Shown here piece after piece: positions 19,032 through 28,546 of a DNA stretch of 64,000 nucleotides. The DNA lies in contig CAWCKH010000003.1 in assembly GCA_963796055.1 (NCBI GenBank), positions 1 through 64,000 of the forward strand, in the 5' to 3' direction. Numbering within the stretch: the stretch's first letter is position 1; each line of letters begins with the position of its first letter. The translations under genes and the position numbers were made by a program. The notes under the pieces are model-generated. The model searched no databases. It saw only the letters and a list, made by a program, of their open reading frames with translations, and had not been told where the DNA came from. The DNA is from an uncultured delta proteobacterium. Its GTDB lineage: Bacteria; Myxococcota; Myxococcia; Myxococcales; Myxococcaceae.

Positions 19032-19505
19032 TCAGCGCCGGGGTGTGGGGTCGTCCTTCCCGCCCGTGGCCCGCCAGTAGTCGGTGAGGATCCGCTGCAC
19101 CCGGTCGGCGTTGGGGTACGTGCGGCACGACAGGAGGTACGTCTCGTAGGCGCGGGTACCGGCGCGCGGCTCCCCCAGCTTGGCGTGGGCGCTGCCGAGG
19201 ATCAGGTACGCCCAGCCCGCCTTCGGATCGAGCTCCAGCGCCCGCTGGAGCTTGGGGACGGCGCGCTTCACCTCCGCCTGGTCCTTGCTGTCGGTGAGGC
19301 GGGTGCCCTCCTGGAGCAGCTTCCGGACCGAGCCGTCCTTCACCTCGGGGCCGCAGACCAGCCCCGGCAGGCTCTTCCCCTCGAACCGAGGCGTGTAGGG
19401 GAGGACCGACGACGGCGGCAGCTCGTCGTCCTCGCGGGTCTGGCTGTCGATCTCCGCCTCCAGCACCGGCGGAGCGGCGAGCAGCAGCACCAGAAGGCGA
19501 ATCAC
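19032..19505 (-). CDS. Small exported TPR protein
   Basis: Hydrophobic N-terminus; RALELDPKAGWAYLILGSAH TPR; GTG overlaps the glyS stop. Confidence 0.7.
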   Translation of the reverse strand: MIRLLVLLLAAPPVLEAEIDSQTREDDELPPSSVLPYTPRFEGKSLPGLVCGPEVKDGSVRKLLQEGTRLTDSKDQAEVKRAVPKLQRALELDPKAGWAYLILGSAHAKLGEPRAGTRAYETYLLSCRTYPNADRVQRILTDYWRATGGKDDPTPRR

Positions 19506-21603
19506 GCGATCCCCCCGGTCTCGGCCTGGATGCGGGACAGGTCCGCCAGGGGGGCGAACACCTGGGCCACCTCGCGGAGCAGGCGTACCCGGTTCTCTCG
19601 CACCTGGCGGTCGTCGGTCATCACCAGCACCTGGTCGAAGAAGGCGTCCACCGGCCCCTTCAACGCCCGGGCGGCGGCGAGCGCGGCCGGGGCGTCCTCG
19701 GCGGCGAGCGCCCGGTGCACCTCGCCCGAGGCCCGACGCGCGGCCTGGGAGAGCGCGGTCTCGGTGGCCTCCTGGAACAGCCGGGGATCGGCCGGCTCGG
19801 GGGAGACGTCCCGACCCTGCTTCTCGACGATGTTCACCACCCGCTTGAAGGCCATGGCCAGCTCGGTGAAGTCCCGTGCCCCCACCACCTGGGCGAAGGC
19901 GTCGAGCCGCGCCCGCGCCAGAAGCAGGTCGTCGAACCCCGCGGCCAGCACCGCCTCCACCACGTCGGCGCGGGCCCGGTCCGCCCACAGCGCGCGCAGC
20001 CGCCCACGGAAGAACTCCAGCAGCTGCGCCCGGGCGTCCGCCACCGGCGCCGCGCCGAGCCCGAGCTTCTTCCCCACCCCCTCCAGCGCCTGGTCCAGCG
20101 CCGCGCCGAGCGAGAGCCGGTATCCACGGCCCAGGACGAGGTGGACCACCCCGAGACACGCGCGGCGCAGCCCGAAGGGGTCCGCCGACGCCGTGGGCGG
20201 TTTCCCCAGGGCGAAGAGCCCGGCCAGCGTGTCCAGCCGGTCCGCCATGCCCACCAGCGCGCCCGGGTCGTCCGCGGGCACCGGGTCCGAGGCGCCGCGG
20301 GGCAAGTAGTGGTCGGCAATGGCCTGGGCCACCGCCCGGGGCTCACCGGAGGCGAGCGCGTACTCCCGCCCCATCGCCCCCTGCAGCTCGGGGAACTCCC
20401 CCACCATCCCGGTGGTCAGGTCCGCCTTGGCCAGGAGCGCTGCCCGGTCCACCACCTCGAGGAGCTCGGGCCGGCCCACGGCCCGGGTGAGCGCCGCGGC
20501 GAGCAGCCGGATGCGGCCCACCTTCTCGGCGTAGGTCCCGAGCTTGCCCTGCCACACCACCCGCTCCAGCGCGGGCACGCGGGCGGCCAGCGAGATCTTG
20601 CGATCCTCGTCGAAGAAGAAGCGGGCGTCGCTGAGCCGCGAGCGCAGCACCCGCTCGTAGCCTCGGAGCGAGAGCGCCGGGTCCCGGACCGGGGTGTTGG
20701 AGATGGCGACGAAGCGCGGGAGCAGCCGTCCGTCCGGCCCGAGCACCGGGAAGTAGCGCTGGTGCGAGGTCATCTCCTGGACCAGCACCTCGGGCGGGAG
20801 GTCCAGGTGCCGCTCCTCGAAGCTCCCCAGCAGTGCGCTGGGCCACTCCACCAGCTCGGTCACCTGGTCGAGCAGCCCCTGGTCCTCGCGGATGCGGCCA
20901 CCGGCGCGCCGGGCGGCCTCGACCGCCTCGTTCCGGATGCGCTCCTTGCGCACGCCGACGTCGGCCAGCACCTGGGCCCGCTCCAGCAGCCCGGGGTAGT
21001 CCCGGGGATGGGAGACAGGAAATGGCCCGGGCGAGAGGAAGCGGTGGCCGAGGGTCATCCGCCCGCTCTTCACGTCGGCGAAGACCACCGGGACCACCTC
21101 CTGGCCGTGGAGTGCCAGCAGCCACTGCACCGGCCGGGCGAAGCTCTGCTCCACGTCACCCCAGCGCATGCGCTTCTTGAACTGGATGCCTTGCACCGCG
21201 GCGCCGAGCAGCGCCGGCAGCAGCGCGCTCGCCGGCCGTCCGGGCTCGGTCACCTCCACCGCCAGGTACTCGCCCTTGGGCGTCTGGACCCGTCGGAGCG
21301 CGGACAGCGCCACGCCCTGCGCCTCGGCAAATCTGGTCGCAGCCTTGGTGGGGCTGCCATCCGGCGCGAAGGCGGCCTTCACCGGGGGCCCGAGCGCCTG
21401 ACGGGTGGCATCCGGGCTGCGCTCTGCCACTGCCTCGACCACCACCGCCAGCCGCCGGGGGGTGGCGAAGGTGCGAGCCCCGGCGTGGCCGAGCCGGGCA
21501 CCATCGAGCCCCGAGAGGACCAGGGTCCGCAGCTGCTCCACCGCAGGCTCGACCTCGCCAGCCGGCAGCTCCTCGGTGCCGATCTCGAAGAGCAGCGCCT
21601 CGC

Positions 21604-21607
<4 letters not shown>
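19502..21607 (-). CDS. glyS: Glycine--tRNA ligase beta subunit
   Basis: [21 protein letters not shown]...[28 protein letters not shown]. Confidence 0.97.
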
Positions 21608-22560
<953 letters not shown>

Positions 22561-22616
22561 CGCCAAGCGAGGCGCACCCTAGGAGCCTGTAGGGCATAGG
22601 GCAACGCCGCCATGAG

Positions 22617-23348
22617 CTAGTCGACGCCGACGCTGCGCAGGAAGTCGACGCTCTTCAGCCGCCGGCCGAGCTGTGCCTCGATGAACCGGGCCAGCAGCCC
22701 GCGCGCCTCGGCCCGGAGCGCGGGGGGGAGCGGCTTCTGGGCCCCGGCCTGGATCTCGGCCAGCCCTCCGAGCACCGCCGGGTCGACGCGCGGCCCGCTC
22801 GCCCGGGCGCTGCACCCCGCGCAGACCGCACCGCCGTGGTCCACGTCGAACCGGGGAGCGTCCCCCGGCGGTCCACCGCAGAGGGCGCAGGCGTCGAAGC
22901 GGGGCATGAGGCCGGCCAGCGACAGCGCCTGCAGCTCGAAGGCCAGCACCGAGGTGGGGCCGGCCTCGCCGGCGTCGAGCCGGCCGAGCCAGTCCACCGC
23001 CAGCGAGAGGAGCTCGGGCACGGGCTCGCCCTCCCGGAGCAGCTCCCGGCACAGCTCGAGCGCGTACAGCGCGCGGGCGATCCGGGGCAGCTCCTGCCGG
23101 ATGCGGGGAAAGGCGTGCACCACCTCCACCGCGTCGAGCCGGACGGTCGAACCGCGGCGCTCCACCAGCCGCGCCCGCAGCACCGTGCCCGGCTCGAGCG
23201 CCCCGGCAAAGCGGCGGCGGCTCTTGCGCGCGCCCGCGGCGAAGGCGGTCAGCTTCCCCCGACTCCGCGTCAGCAGGGTGACCAGCCGGTCGGCGTCGCC
23301 GTAGTCCAGCGTCCCCAGCACCAGCGCCTCGTCCTCCCAGCGGTCCAC
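22617..23348 (-). CDS. recO: DNA repair protein RecO
   Basis: ALVL...DYGDADRLVTLLT...GK...A.GARKS; CxxC...CxxC zinc motif. Confidence 0.93.
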   Translation of the reverse strand: MDRWEDEALVLGTLDYGDADRLVTLLTRSRGKLTAFAAGARKSRRRFAGALEPGTVLRARLVERRGSTVRLDAVEVVHAFPRIRQELPRIARALYALELCRELLREGEPVPELLSLAVDWLGRLDAGEAGPTSVLAFELQALSLAGLMPRFDACALCGGPPGDAPRFDVDHGGAVCAGCSARASGPRVDPAVLGGLAEIQAGAQKPLPPALRAEARGLLARFIEAQLGRRLKSVDFLRSVGVD

Positions 23349-23372
23349 GCTCAGGGCTCCGGAGTACTCGAC

Positions 23373-24158
23373 TCAGGGCCGTCCGCCCTGCCCTCCCAGC
23401 CGGTCGCGGAGGCGCAGGCACTCGTCCCGGACGCGGGCCTGGGCCTGGCCGGTGGCGTTCTCCACGCAGGCGTCGAAGCTGGCCCGGGCCTCGGCGGCGC
23501 GGCCTTGCCGCACCTGGCAGCTGCCCAGCAGCTGGTGGGCCTCCGCCACCTTGGGGCAGGCTTGCACGAACCTTCCGAATTCGGTGCACGCCGCCGCGAG
23601 GTCGCCCCGGGCGTCCTGGACGAGGCCGAGGTCCTTGTAGCCCAGGCAGAACTGAGGATTGGTGGTGACCGAGGCCCGGAGGTGCTCGATGGCCTGGGTG
23701 CTGTTGCCCTTCTTGAAGTACGCCCAGCCGAGGTTCGCCTCGGCGATGTAGGGCGTGGCGTAGAGCATGTCATTCAGGGCCTGCTCGTACTGGGCGATGG
23801 CCTCGTCCAGCCGGCCCTCGTCCAGGTACAGGTTCCCGAGGTTCACCCTGACCTCGGAGAACGAGGGGCGGATCTCCAGTGCCCGCTTGTAGTGCTTCTC
23901 CGCGTCGTCCTTCTTGTCGAAGGACAGGTGGAGCAGGACCGCGATGGCGTTGTGCGCCTCGGCGAAGTCGTCGTCGAGCTTCAGCGACTCCTCGAACTCC
24001 TTCAGCGCGCTGCGCACGTCGCCGGCGTTCTGGGCGTTGATTCCCAGGTCGTAGTGCGCCTCGGCGCCCTGCCGCTCCTTCTCGGTGGGGATGTGAACAC
24101 AGGATGCGAGCACGCCCGCGGCGGCCAGGGCGAGGATTGCGGCGGAAGGGCGGAGCAT
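23373..24158 (-). CDS. tgl: Social-motility TPR lipoprotein Tgl (PilQ secretin pilotin)
   Basis: Lipobox LASC, PTEKE..AE.HYDL, TPRs, NDMLY.TPYIA..NLGWAY and conserved C-terminal cysteines, as recalled for M. xanthus Tgl. Confidence 0.9.
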   Translation of the reverse strand: MLRPSAAILALAAAGVLASCVHIPTEKERQGAEAHYDLGINAQNAGDVRSALKEFEESLKLDDDFAEAHNAIAVLLHLSFDKKDDAEKHYKRALEIRPSFSEVRVNLGNLYLDEGRLDEAIAQYEQALNDMLYATPYIAEANLGWAYFKKGNSTQAIEHLRASVTTNPQFCLGYKDLGLVQDARGDLAAACTEFGRFVQACPKVAEAHQLLGSCQVRQGRAAEARASFDACVENATGQAQARVRDECLRLRDRLGGQGGRP

Positions 24159-24184
24159 TCTTCTTTCCGGACTCTCCCCGATGC

Positions 24185-24670
24185 CTAGAACGAGGAGAAC
24201 AGCCGCGCCAGGGACGCCCCGGTCGCCGCGGCGGGCGTCCCGGGCTGAGGGCTGGGGGGAGCGACCATGGAATTGCTCCCGGTCGCGGCCCGCCCGCCCC
24301 GCCACACCGGGACGGACTGGAGCAGCTCGGCCTGGTGCTCCGGCGACAGCGAGCGGAAGTTGAGGTTGTCCATCATGAAGCCCATCGACTCCACGAAGCC
24401 CAGGGCCTCCGTCTGCAGCGCCCGGTACTCCTCGGGCGTCTGGGCGGTGGCCGGCGTGGTGTAGACCGCGCACTCCTTGGTCTCGGACAGCCAGAGGTAG
24501 ACACCCACCGAGAAGCCGTGGGTCCCCCGGAGGCAGGCGATGAATGCCTGGGCCGGCCCGGCGCGCCGACCGGGCACCACCACGTGGGGGGCGTTGATGC
24601 TCTGGAACAGGGCCGCCACCTGCTCGCGTGCGGCCTCGAGTCCACGCGCCTGGTCGTCGAGCGAGAACAC
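24185..24670 (-). CDS. Conserved myxobacterial protein encoded upstream of tgl
   Basis: REQV.AL..S.NAPHV..PG..AGPAQAF and ALGFVESMGFMMDNLNFR motifs; position next to tgl. Confidence 0.75.
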   Translation of the reverse strand: MFSLDDQARGLEAAREQVAALFQSINAPHVVVPGRRAGPAQAFIACLRGTHGFSVGVYLWLSETKECAVYTTPATAQTPEEYRALQTEALGFVESMGFMMDNLNFRSLSPEHQAELLQSVPVWRGGRAATGSNSMVAPPSPQPGTPAAATGASLARLFSSF

Positions 24671-24713
24671 GGAAGGAGTGACGGCCGTTATGCCACGACC
24701 GGGGCGGGCGGTT

Positions 24714-25412
24714 CTAGCGAGTCGCCGGCCCGGGGTCGCGGAGGGCAAAGGCCCAGTCGCCGCCCAGGCCCTCTCCGGCGCGGAAGCGCTGGAAGTCGCG
24801 CTTCACCCGCCGCGGGTAGAACCGGAACGGCTCGAGGACCCGCTCGCGGACGGCCTGGCGGATGCGGTCCGGGCCGGCGTTGTACGCCATCAGGGCCATG
24901 GAGAGGTCGCCCCCGAAACGGTCCTGGAGCGAGCGCAGGTAGCGGATGCCCAGGCGGACGCACACCGCCGGATCGGCCGCCATCTCCTCCTTGCTCAGCC
25001 GGAGGCCCTGCTTCTGGGCGAACCAGTGGAGCGTCACCGGCTGGATCTGCATCAGCCCGCGGGCTCCCCGGGAGCTGACCGCGTCCACGTCGAAGTCGCT
25101 CTCCACGTCGATGATCGCGAGGATCAGCAGCGGATCGTAGCCGGCCCGGCGGGCCTCCTCGGCGACGGCACGGCTGACCTGCGCCCGGAGCACCAGCCCC
25201 AGCTCGGGGGCCCGCTTCGCCAGGACGGAGTCGATGAGGGGGAGGTCCGGGTTCGGCTGCACGGCGGCCGCGGCCGGCTCGACCGTGGGCCGGGCCCGCC
25301 CGTGCACGGTGCTCTCGATGCGGGCCGCCCCGAGCAGCAGGGTTGCCGCCACGAGCGGCAGCACCGCGCAGTGCGAGCTCAACGCGTGCATCTGGAACAG
25401 CAGTCGTCGCAC
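24714..25412 (-). CDS. Lytic transglycosylase (SLT domain)
   Basis: IIDVESDF catalytic Glu, AVSSRGARGLMQI, ALMAYNAGP. Confidence 0.92.
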   Translation of the reverse strand: MRRLLFQMHALSSHCAVLPLVAATLLLGAARIESTVHGRARPTVEPAAAAVQPNPDLPLIDSVLAKRAPELGLVLRAQVSRAVAEEARRAGYDPLLILAIIDVESDFDVDAVSSRGARGLMQIQPVTLHWFAQKQGLRLSKEEMAADPAVCVRLGIRYLRSLQDRFGGDLSMALMAYNAGPDRIRQAVRERVLEPFRFYPRRVKRDFQRFRAGEGLGGDWAFALRDPGPATR

Positions 25413-25757
25413 CTACGCGCCTCGCTCCAGCCTCTCCAGCCGCTCGGCCACCCGGTCCACCCGGGCGGTCAGTGCCTGGACCTCTTCCCGCCTGGGCACC
25501 CGGAGGCGCTGCAGCGCGCCACGGACCCGCTCCTCCAGACCCTGCTCCAGCTCCTTCCGCTGCGCCGCCAGCCGCTCGGCCAGGTCGGTCATCTGGCGCC
25601 GCACCTCGTCCTGACTCCACCCGGCGACCGTCTGTGCCCTTTGCACGACCCGGGCCGCCTCGTCCTCCACGCTGGACATCGCGGTCACGGCCTGGGCCCA
25701 CATCCGCTCCAGGGCCTCCACCACCGGCCGTCTGTCCTTTGGAACCTCGCCAGCCAT
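25413..25757 (-). CDS. Phasin-like (PHA granule-associated) protein
   Basis: Helical protein ending in LRVPRREEVQALTARVDRVAERLE, the PhaF/PhaI-type motif. Confidence 0.65.
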   Translation of the reverse strand: MAGEVPKDRRPVVEALERMWAQAVTAMSSVEDEAARVVQRAQTVAGWSQDEVRRQMTDLAERLAAQRKELEQGLEERVRGALQRLRVPRREEVQALTARVDRVAERLERLERGA

Positions 25758-25896
25758 CTCGGGACTCCAGGCCTGTAGGACTCCAGCCCAGACATCAGGC
25801 AGGGCGTCGGTTGAGTCGCTCAAACATAAGCGCCACCCCTGGGTGAAGCCATCTCAGGGGGCCGCGCGGTGGGGTGGGAGTGACCCACCCGCGGTG

Positions 25897-26232
25897 CTAG
25901 GCGCGCACGTCGGTCTTGGTCGGCGTCTTCTTCTCCACCAGGGCGTCCACCTTCTTCGACAGCTTCGACAGCTCCCGGGTGAGGGCCTTGATTTGGCTTT
26001 GGGTCGCCACGCCGGCGGCCTGGATGAAGCGATTCTGGAACGTCTCCGCCTGCTTGCGGACCTCGTTTCCGAGCGCCTTGGTGCGCTTGGCGGTGCTGGC
26101 CTGCAGCTCCTGGCCCTTCGCCACCCACTCCTTGATGGTCTTCTCGGCCTGCTCCTGGATGACCGCGAACCGCTTCTGGGCCTCCACGAGCTGCTCCTTC
26201 ACGAACGCCGGAACCTCGTTGTTCTTCGACAT
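25897..26232 (-). CDS. Phasin-like coiled-coil protein
   Basis: AAGGAGG RBS; C-terminal GVATQSQIKALTRELSKLSKKVDAL motif similar to its neighbour. Confidence 0.65.
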   Translation of the reverse strand: MSKNNEVPAFVKEQLVEAQKRFAVIQEQAEKTIKEWVAKGQELQASTAKRTKALGNEVRKQAETFQNRFIQAAGVATQSQIKALTRELSKLSKKVDALVEKKTPTKTDVRA

Positions 26233-26293
26233 GGCACTTGCCTCCTTGTGGCGGATCCTCGACGGGCTGGCTGACGTGCCACCCGGCAATCCC

Positions 26294-26321
26294 TCCATAA
26301 CGCACCGCGGCACGGAGTCAA
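26294..26321 (-). promoter_or_regulatory. Putative sigma70-type promoter for the phasin-like genes
   Basis: TTGACT (26321-26316), 16-nt spacer, TATGGA; the spacer contains TGCCGCGGTGC. Confidence 0.4.
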
Positions 26322-26419
26322 GAGGCCGGTCGATTTCCCGGGTCAGAAGGTGACGTCGGCCTGGCCCACCATGGCGGACGATGCCCGCGCCGCCCTTCGT
26401 GCCGAGTCCGAAGAGGCCG

Positions 26420-26524
26420 CTACTTCGTGGCCGTCGCGGCAGCCTTCTTGCGCTCGCGGCGCTTCTTCCAGTGCTGCCTGATCTTCATCTGCTTGCGGCG
26501 GTGCTTGCTCCTGCTGCGGGCCAT
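26420..26524 (-). CDS. 34-aa highly basic protein MARSRSKHRRKQMKIRQHWKKRRERKKAAATATK (absent from the ORF track)
   Basis: GGAGGAG RBS 6 nt before ATG, strong GC3 codon usage, TAG at 26422-26420. Confidence 0.75.
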   Translation of the reverse strand: MARSRSKHRRKQMKIRQHWKKRRERKKAAATATK

Positions 26525-26588
26525 CCGGTGCTCCTCCGGGTTCGGATTCTGGTGACCGCGGGCTCCTAGCAGACCGGGCACCGGCCCG

Positions 26589-27863
26589 TCACGCCTCCGA
26601 CCCGCCCGGAGGACGGGTGGGGAAGGGAATTCCCTCCGCCCCGCGCACCGCGGTGGGCAGCGCGTCGGAGACCTTCACCGTGCCCTCGCGGTCCAGGTCG
26701 GGTGGGGGCTCGGGCGCCGGAGGGCGGCGGCGCGGTCCGAGCGCGGGGCGTACCGCCTCGACGAAGCGGCGCACCTCGCCCAGCGGGAGGGCCGGACAGT
26801 GGTTGCCGTTGATGCCAGTCATCGGGCCGGCCATGCACATCGAGTTGAGGATGGCCTCCTCCGTGGCCTCCATCACCGCCTCGTAGAGTGGGTCCAGCCG
26901 CTGATCGAGGAGGAACTTCACCTTGGTCACCATCTTCCGCGTGCGACGGGGGATGATGTTCGAGGTGGAGAATCCGACCACGATCTCCCCCGAGCCGTGC
27001 GCGGCGTAGCTCCCCACCCTGCCGATTCCCAGGGCCACCCGTCGGCAGAGCCGGTTGATCTGGTTGGGGAGAATCGGCGCGTCGGTGGCCACCACCGCGA
27101 TGATGCTCCCGTAGGTCGCAGTGCGCCGGGGCACCTCCCGGAAGCGCTCCTCAAGCACCTCCCCGAGCGGCAGCCCACCCACGCGGAGGTTGTGCATCTT
27201 CCCGAAGTTGGACATCACCAGCACGCCCAGGGTGTAGCCGCCGTGCGACTCGGGGAGCTTCCGCGAGGACGTGCCGATGCCGGCCTTGAAGTCGCAGGTC
27301 ACCATCCCGGTGCCGCCGCCCACGCTGCCCTCCGCCACCGGCCCGCCGGCCGCCGAGGCCACCGCCGCGCGGACGTGCTCCTCGCGCACGTGCCGCCCGG
27401 TGATGTCGTTCAGCCAGCTGTCGTCGCACTCCCCCACCACCGGGATGATGACGTCGTGCTCGTCGCCGATGCCCGGGTGCTGCTCGACCATGATGCGGGC
27501 CATCGCGTCCGAGGCCGCACCCACCGACATGGTGTTGGTGAGGAGGATGGGCGTCTCCAGCAGACCCCACTCCATCACCTGGGTGAGACCGGAGACCTCG
27601 CCCGCGCCATTGAGCACGAAGCCGCCCCCGTGCAGCCGCTCCATGAAGATGTTCCCCCCGCTGGGGACGATGGCGGTGACCCCGGTGCGCACCGGGCCCT
27701 TCCCCGGACGGAGCGGGCCCTCGCCCTCGATGAGCGTGGTGTGGCCGACCAGGACCCCGCCGACGTCGGTGATGGCGTTGTAGCGCCCGGTGCGGAAGCG
27801 CCCCAGCGGCAGATCCAGGGCCCGGGCCCGGACCCGTGGAACCGCGGTCTCATCGGCCATCAT
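26589..27863 (-). CDS. DmpA/P1-family (peptidase S58) aminopeptidase
   Basis: NAITDV.GV.VGH, VRTGVTAI, PVVGECDD, EGSVGGGTGM, KAGIGTSSR, autoprocessing YG|SII site. Confidence 0.93.
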   Translation of the reverse strand: MMADETAVPRVRARALDLPLGRFRTGRYNAITDVGGVLVGHTTLIEGEGPLRPGKGPVRTGVTAIVPSGGNIFMERLHGGGFVLNGAGEVSGLTQVMEWGLLETPILLTNTMSVGAASDAMARIMVEQHPGIGDEHDVIIPVVGECDDSWLNDITGRHVREEHVRAAVASAAGGPVAEGSVGGGTGMVTCDFKAGIGTSSRKLPESHGGYTLGVLVMSNFGKMHNLRVGGLPLGEVLEERFREVPRRTATYGSIIAVVATDAPILPNQINRLCRRVALGIGRVGSYAAHGSGEIVVGFSTSNIIPRRTRKMVTKVKFLLDQRLDPLYEAVMEATEEAILNSMCMAGPMTGINGNHCPALPLGEVRRFVEAVRPALGPRRRPPAPEPPPDLDREGTVKVSDALPTAVRGAEGIPFPTRPPGGSEA

Positions 27864-27874
27864 CGCCAGAGACC

Positions 27875-28546
27875 TTACTCCTTCGCCCGCGCGCCCTCGA
27901 TCAGCATGGTGGTGAAGATGGGCACCAGCTGCTCCACCGGCGGCACGGAAAGCTCCATGGCGCTGAACTGCCCGTTGGCCACGAACTCCGACAGCCCGTG
28001 CACCATCGACCAGGCGCACAGCGCGGGGATGAGCGGGTCCCCGGGGCGGATGGCCCCCACCGTCTGGCAGACCTGCACCGCGGAGATCAGCACCCCGAAG
28101 CAGCGATCCGCCGTCTCTTCCAGCTCGCACTCCTCGCGCGCCCAGTCGATGTCCTTGCCGAACATGACCTGAAAGTGGGCTCGCTGGGTGGTGGCGAAGA
28201 GCACGTAGGCCACGCCGATGGCCTGGAGCGCCCGCACCGGATCGTCGCGCAGGGGGGCCGAGCGATCGAGCATCTGGATGGTCAGCATCCGGAAGCCCTC
28301 CTCTGCCACCGAAGAGAGGAGCGCCTGCTTGTCGGCGAAGTGCCGGTACGGTGCGGCGTGGGTGACGCCCGCCCGTCGGGCCACCTCCCGGAGCGTGAGC
28401 GCGCTGGCCCCCTCCACGGAGAGCACCTCCAGCGCGGCGTCGAGCAGGGCGCGGCGGAGGTCGCCGTGGTGGTAGCGGCCCCGCTTCTTCTCCACCGCCG
28501 CGCGGCGCGCTGCGGGGCGCACCCGGGCCCGCGTCACCGGGCTCAC
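27875..28546 (-). CDS. TetR-family regulator with WHG-type C-terminal domain
   Basis: YHHGDLRRALL...LTLREVARRAGVTHAAPYRHF; AWSMVHG. Confidence 0.92.
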   Translation of the reverse strand: MSPVTRARVRPAARRAAVEKKRGRYHHGDLRRALLDAALEVLSVEGASALTLREVARRAGVTHAAPYRHFADKQALLSSVAEEGFRMLTIQMLDRSAPLRDDPVRALQAIGVAYVLFATTQRAHFQVMFGKDIDWAREECELEETADRCFGVLISAVQVCQTVGAIRPGDPLIPALCAWSMVHGLSEFVANGQFSAMELSVPPVEQLVPIFTTMLIEGARAKE

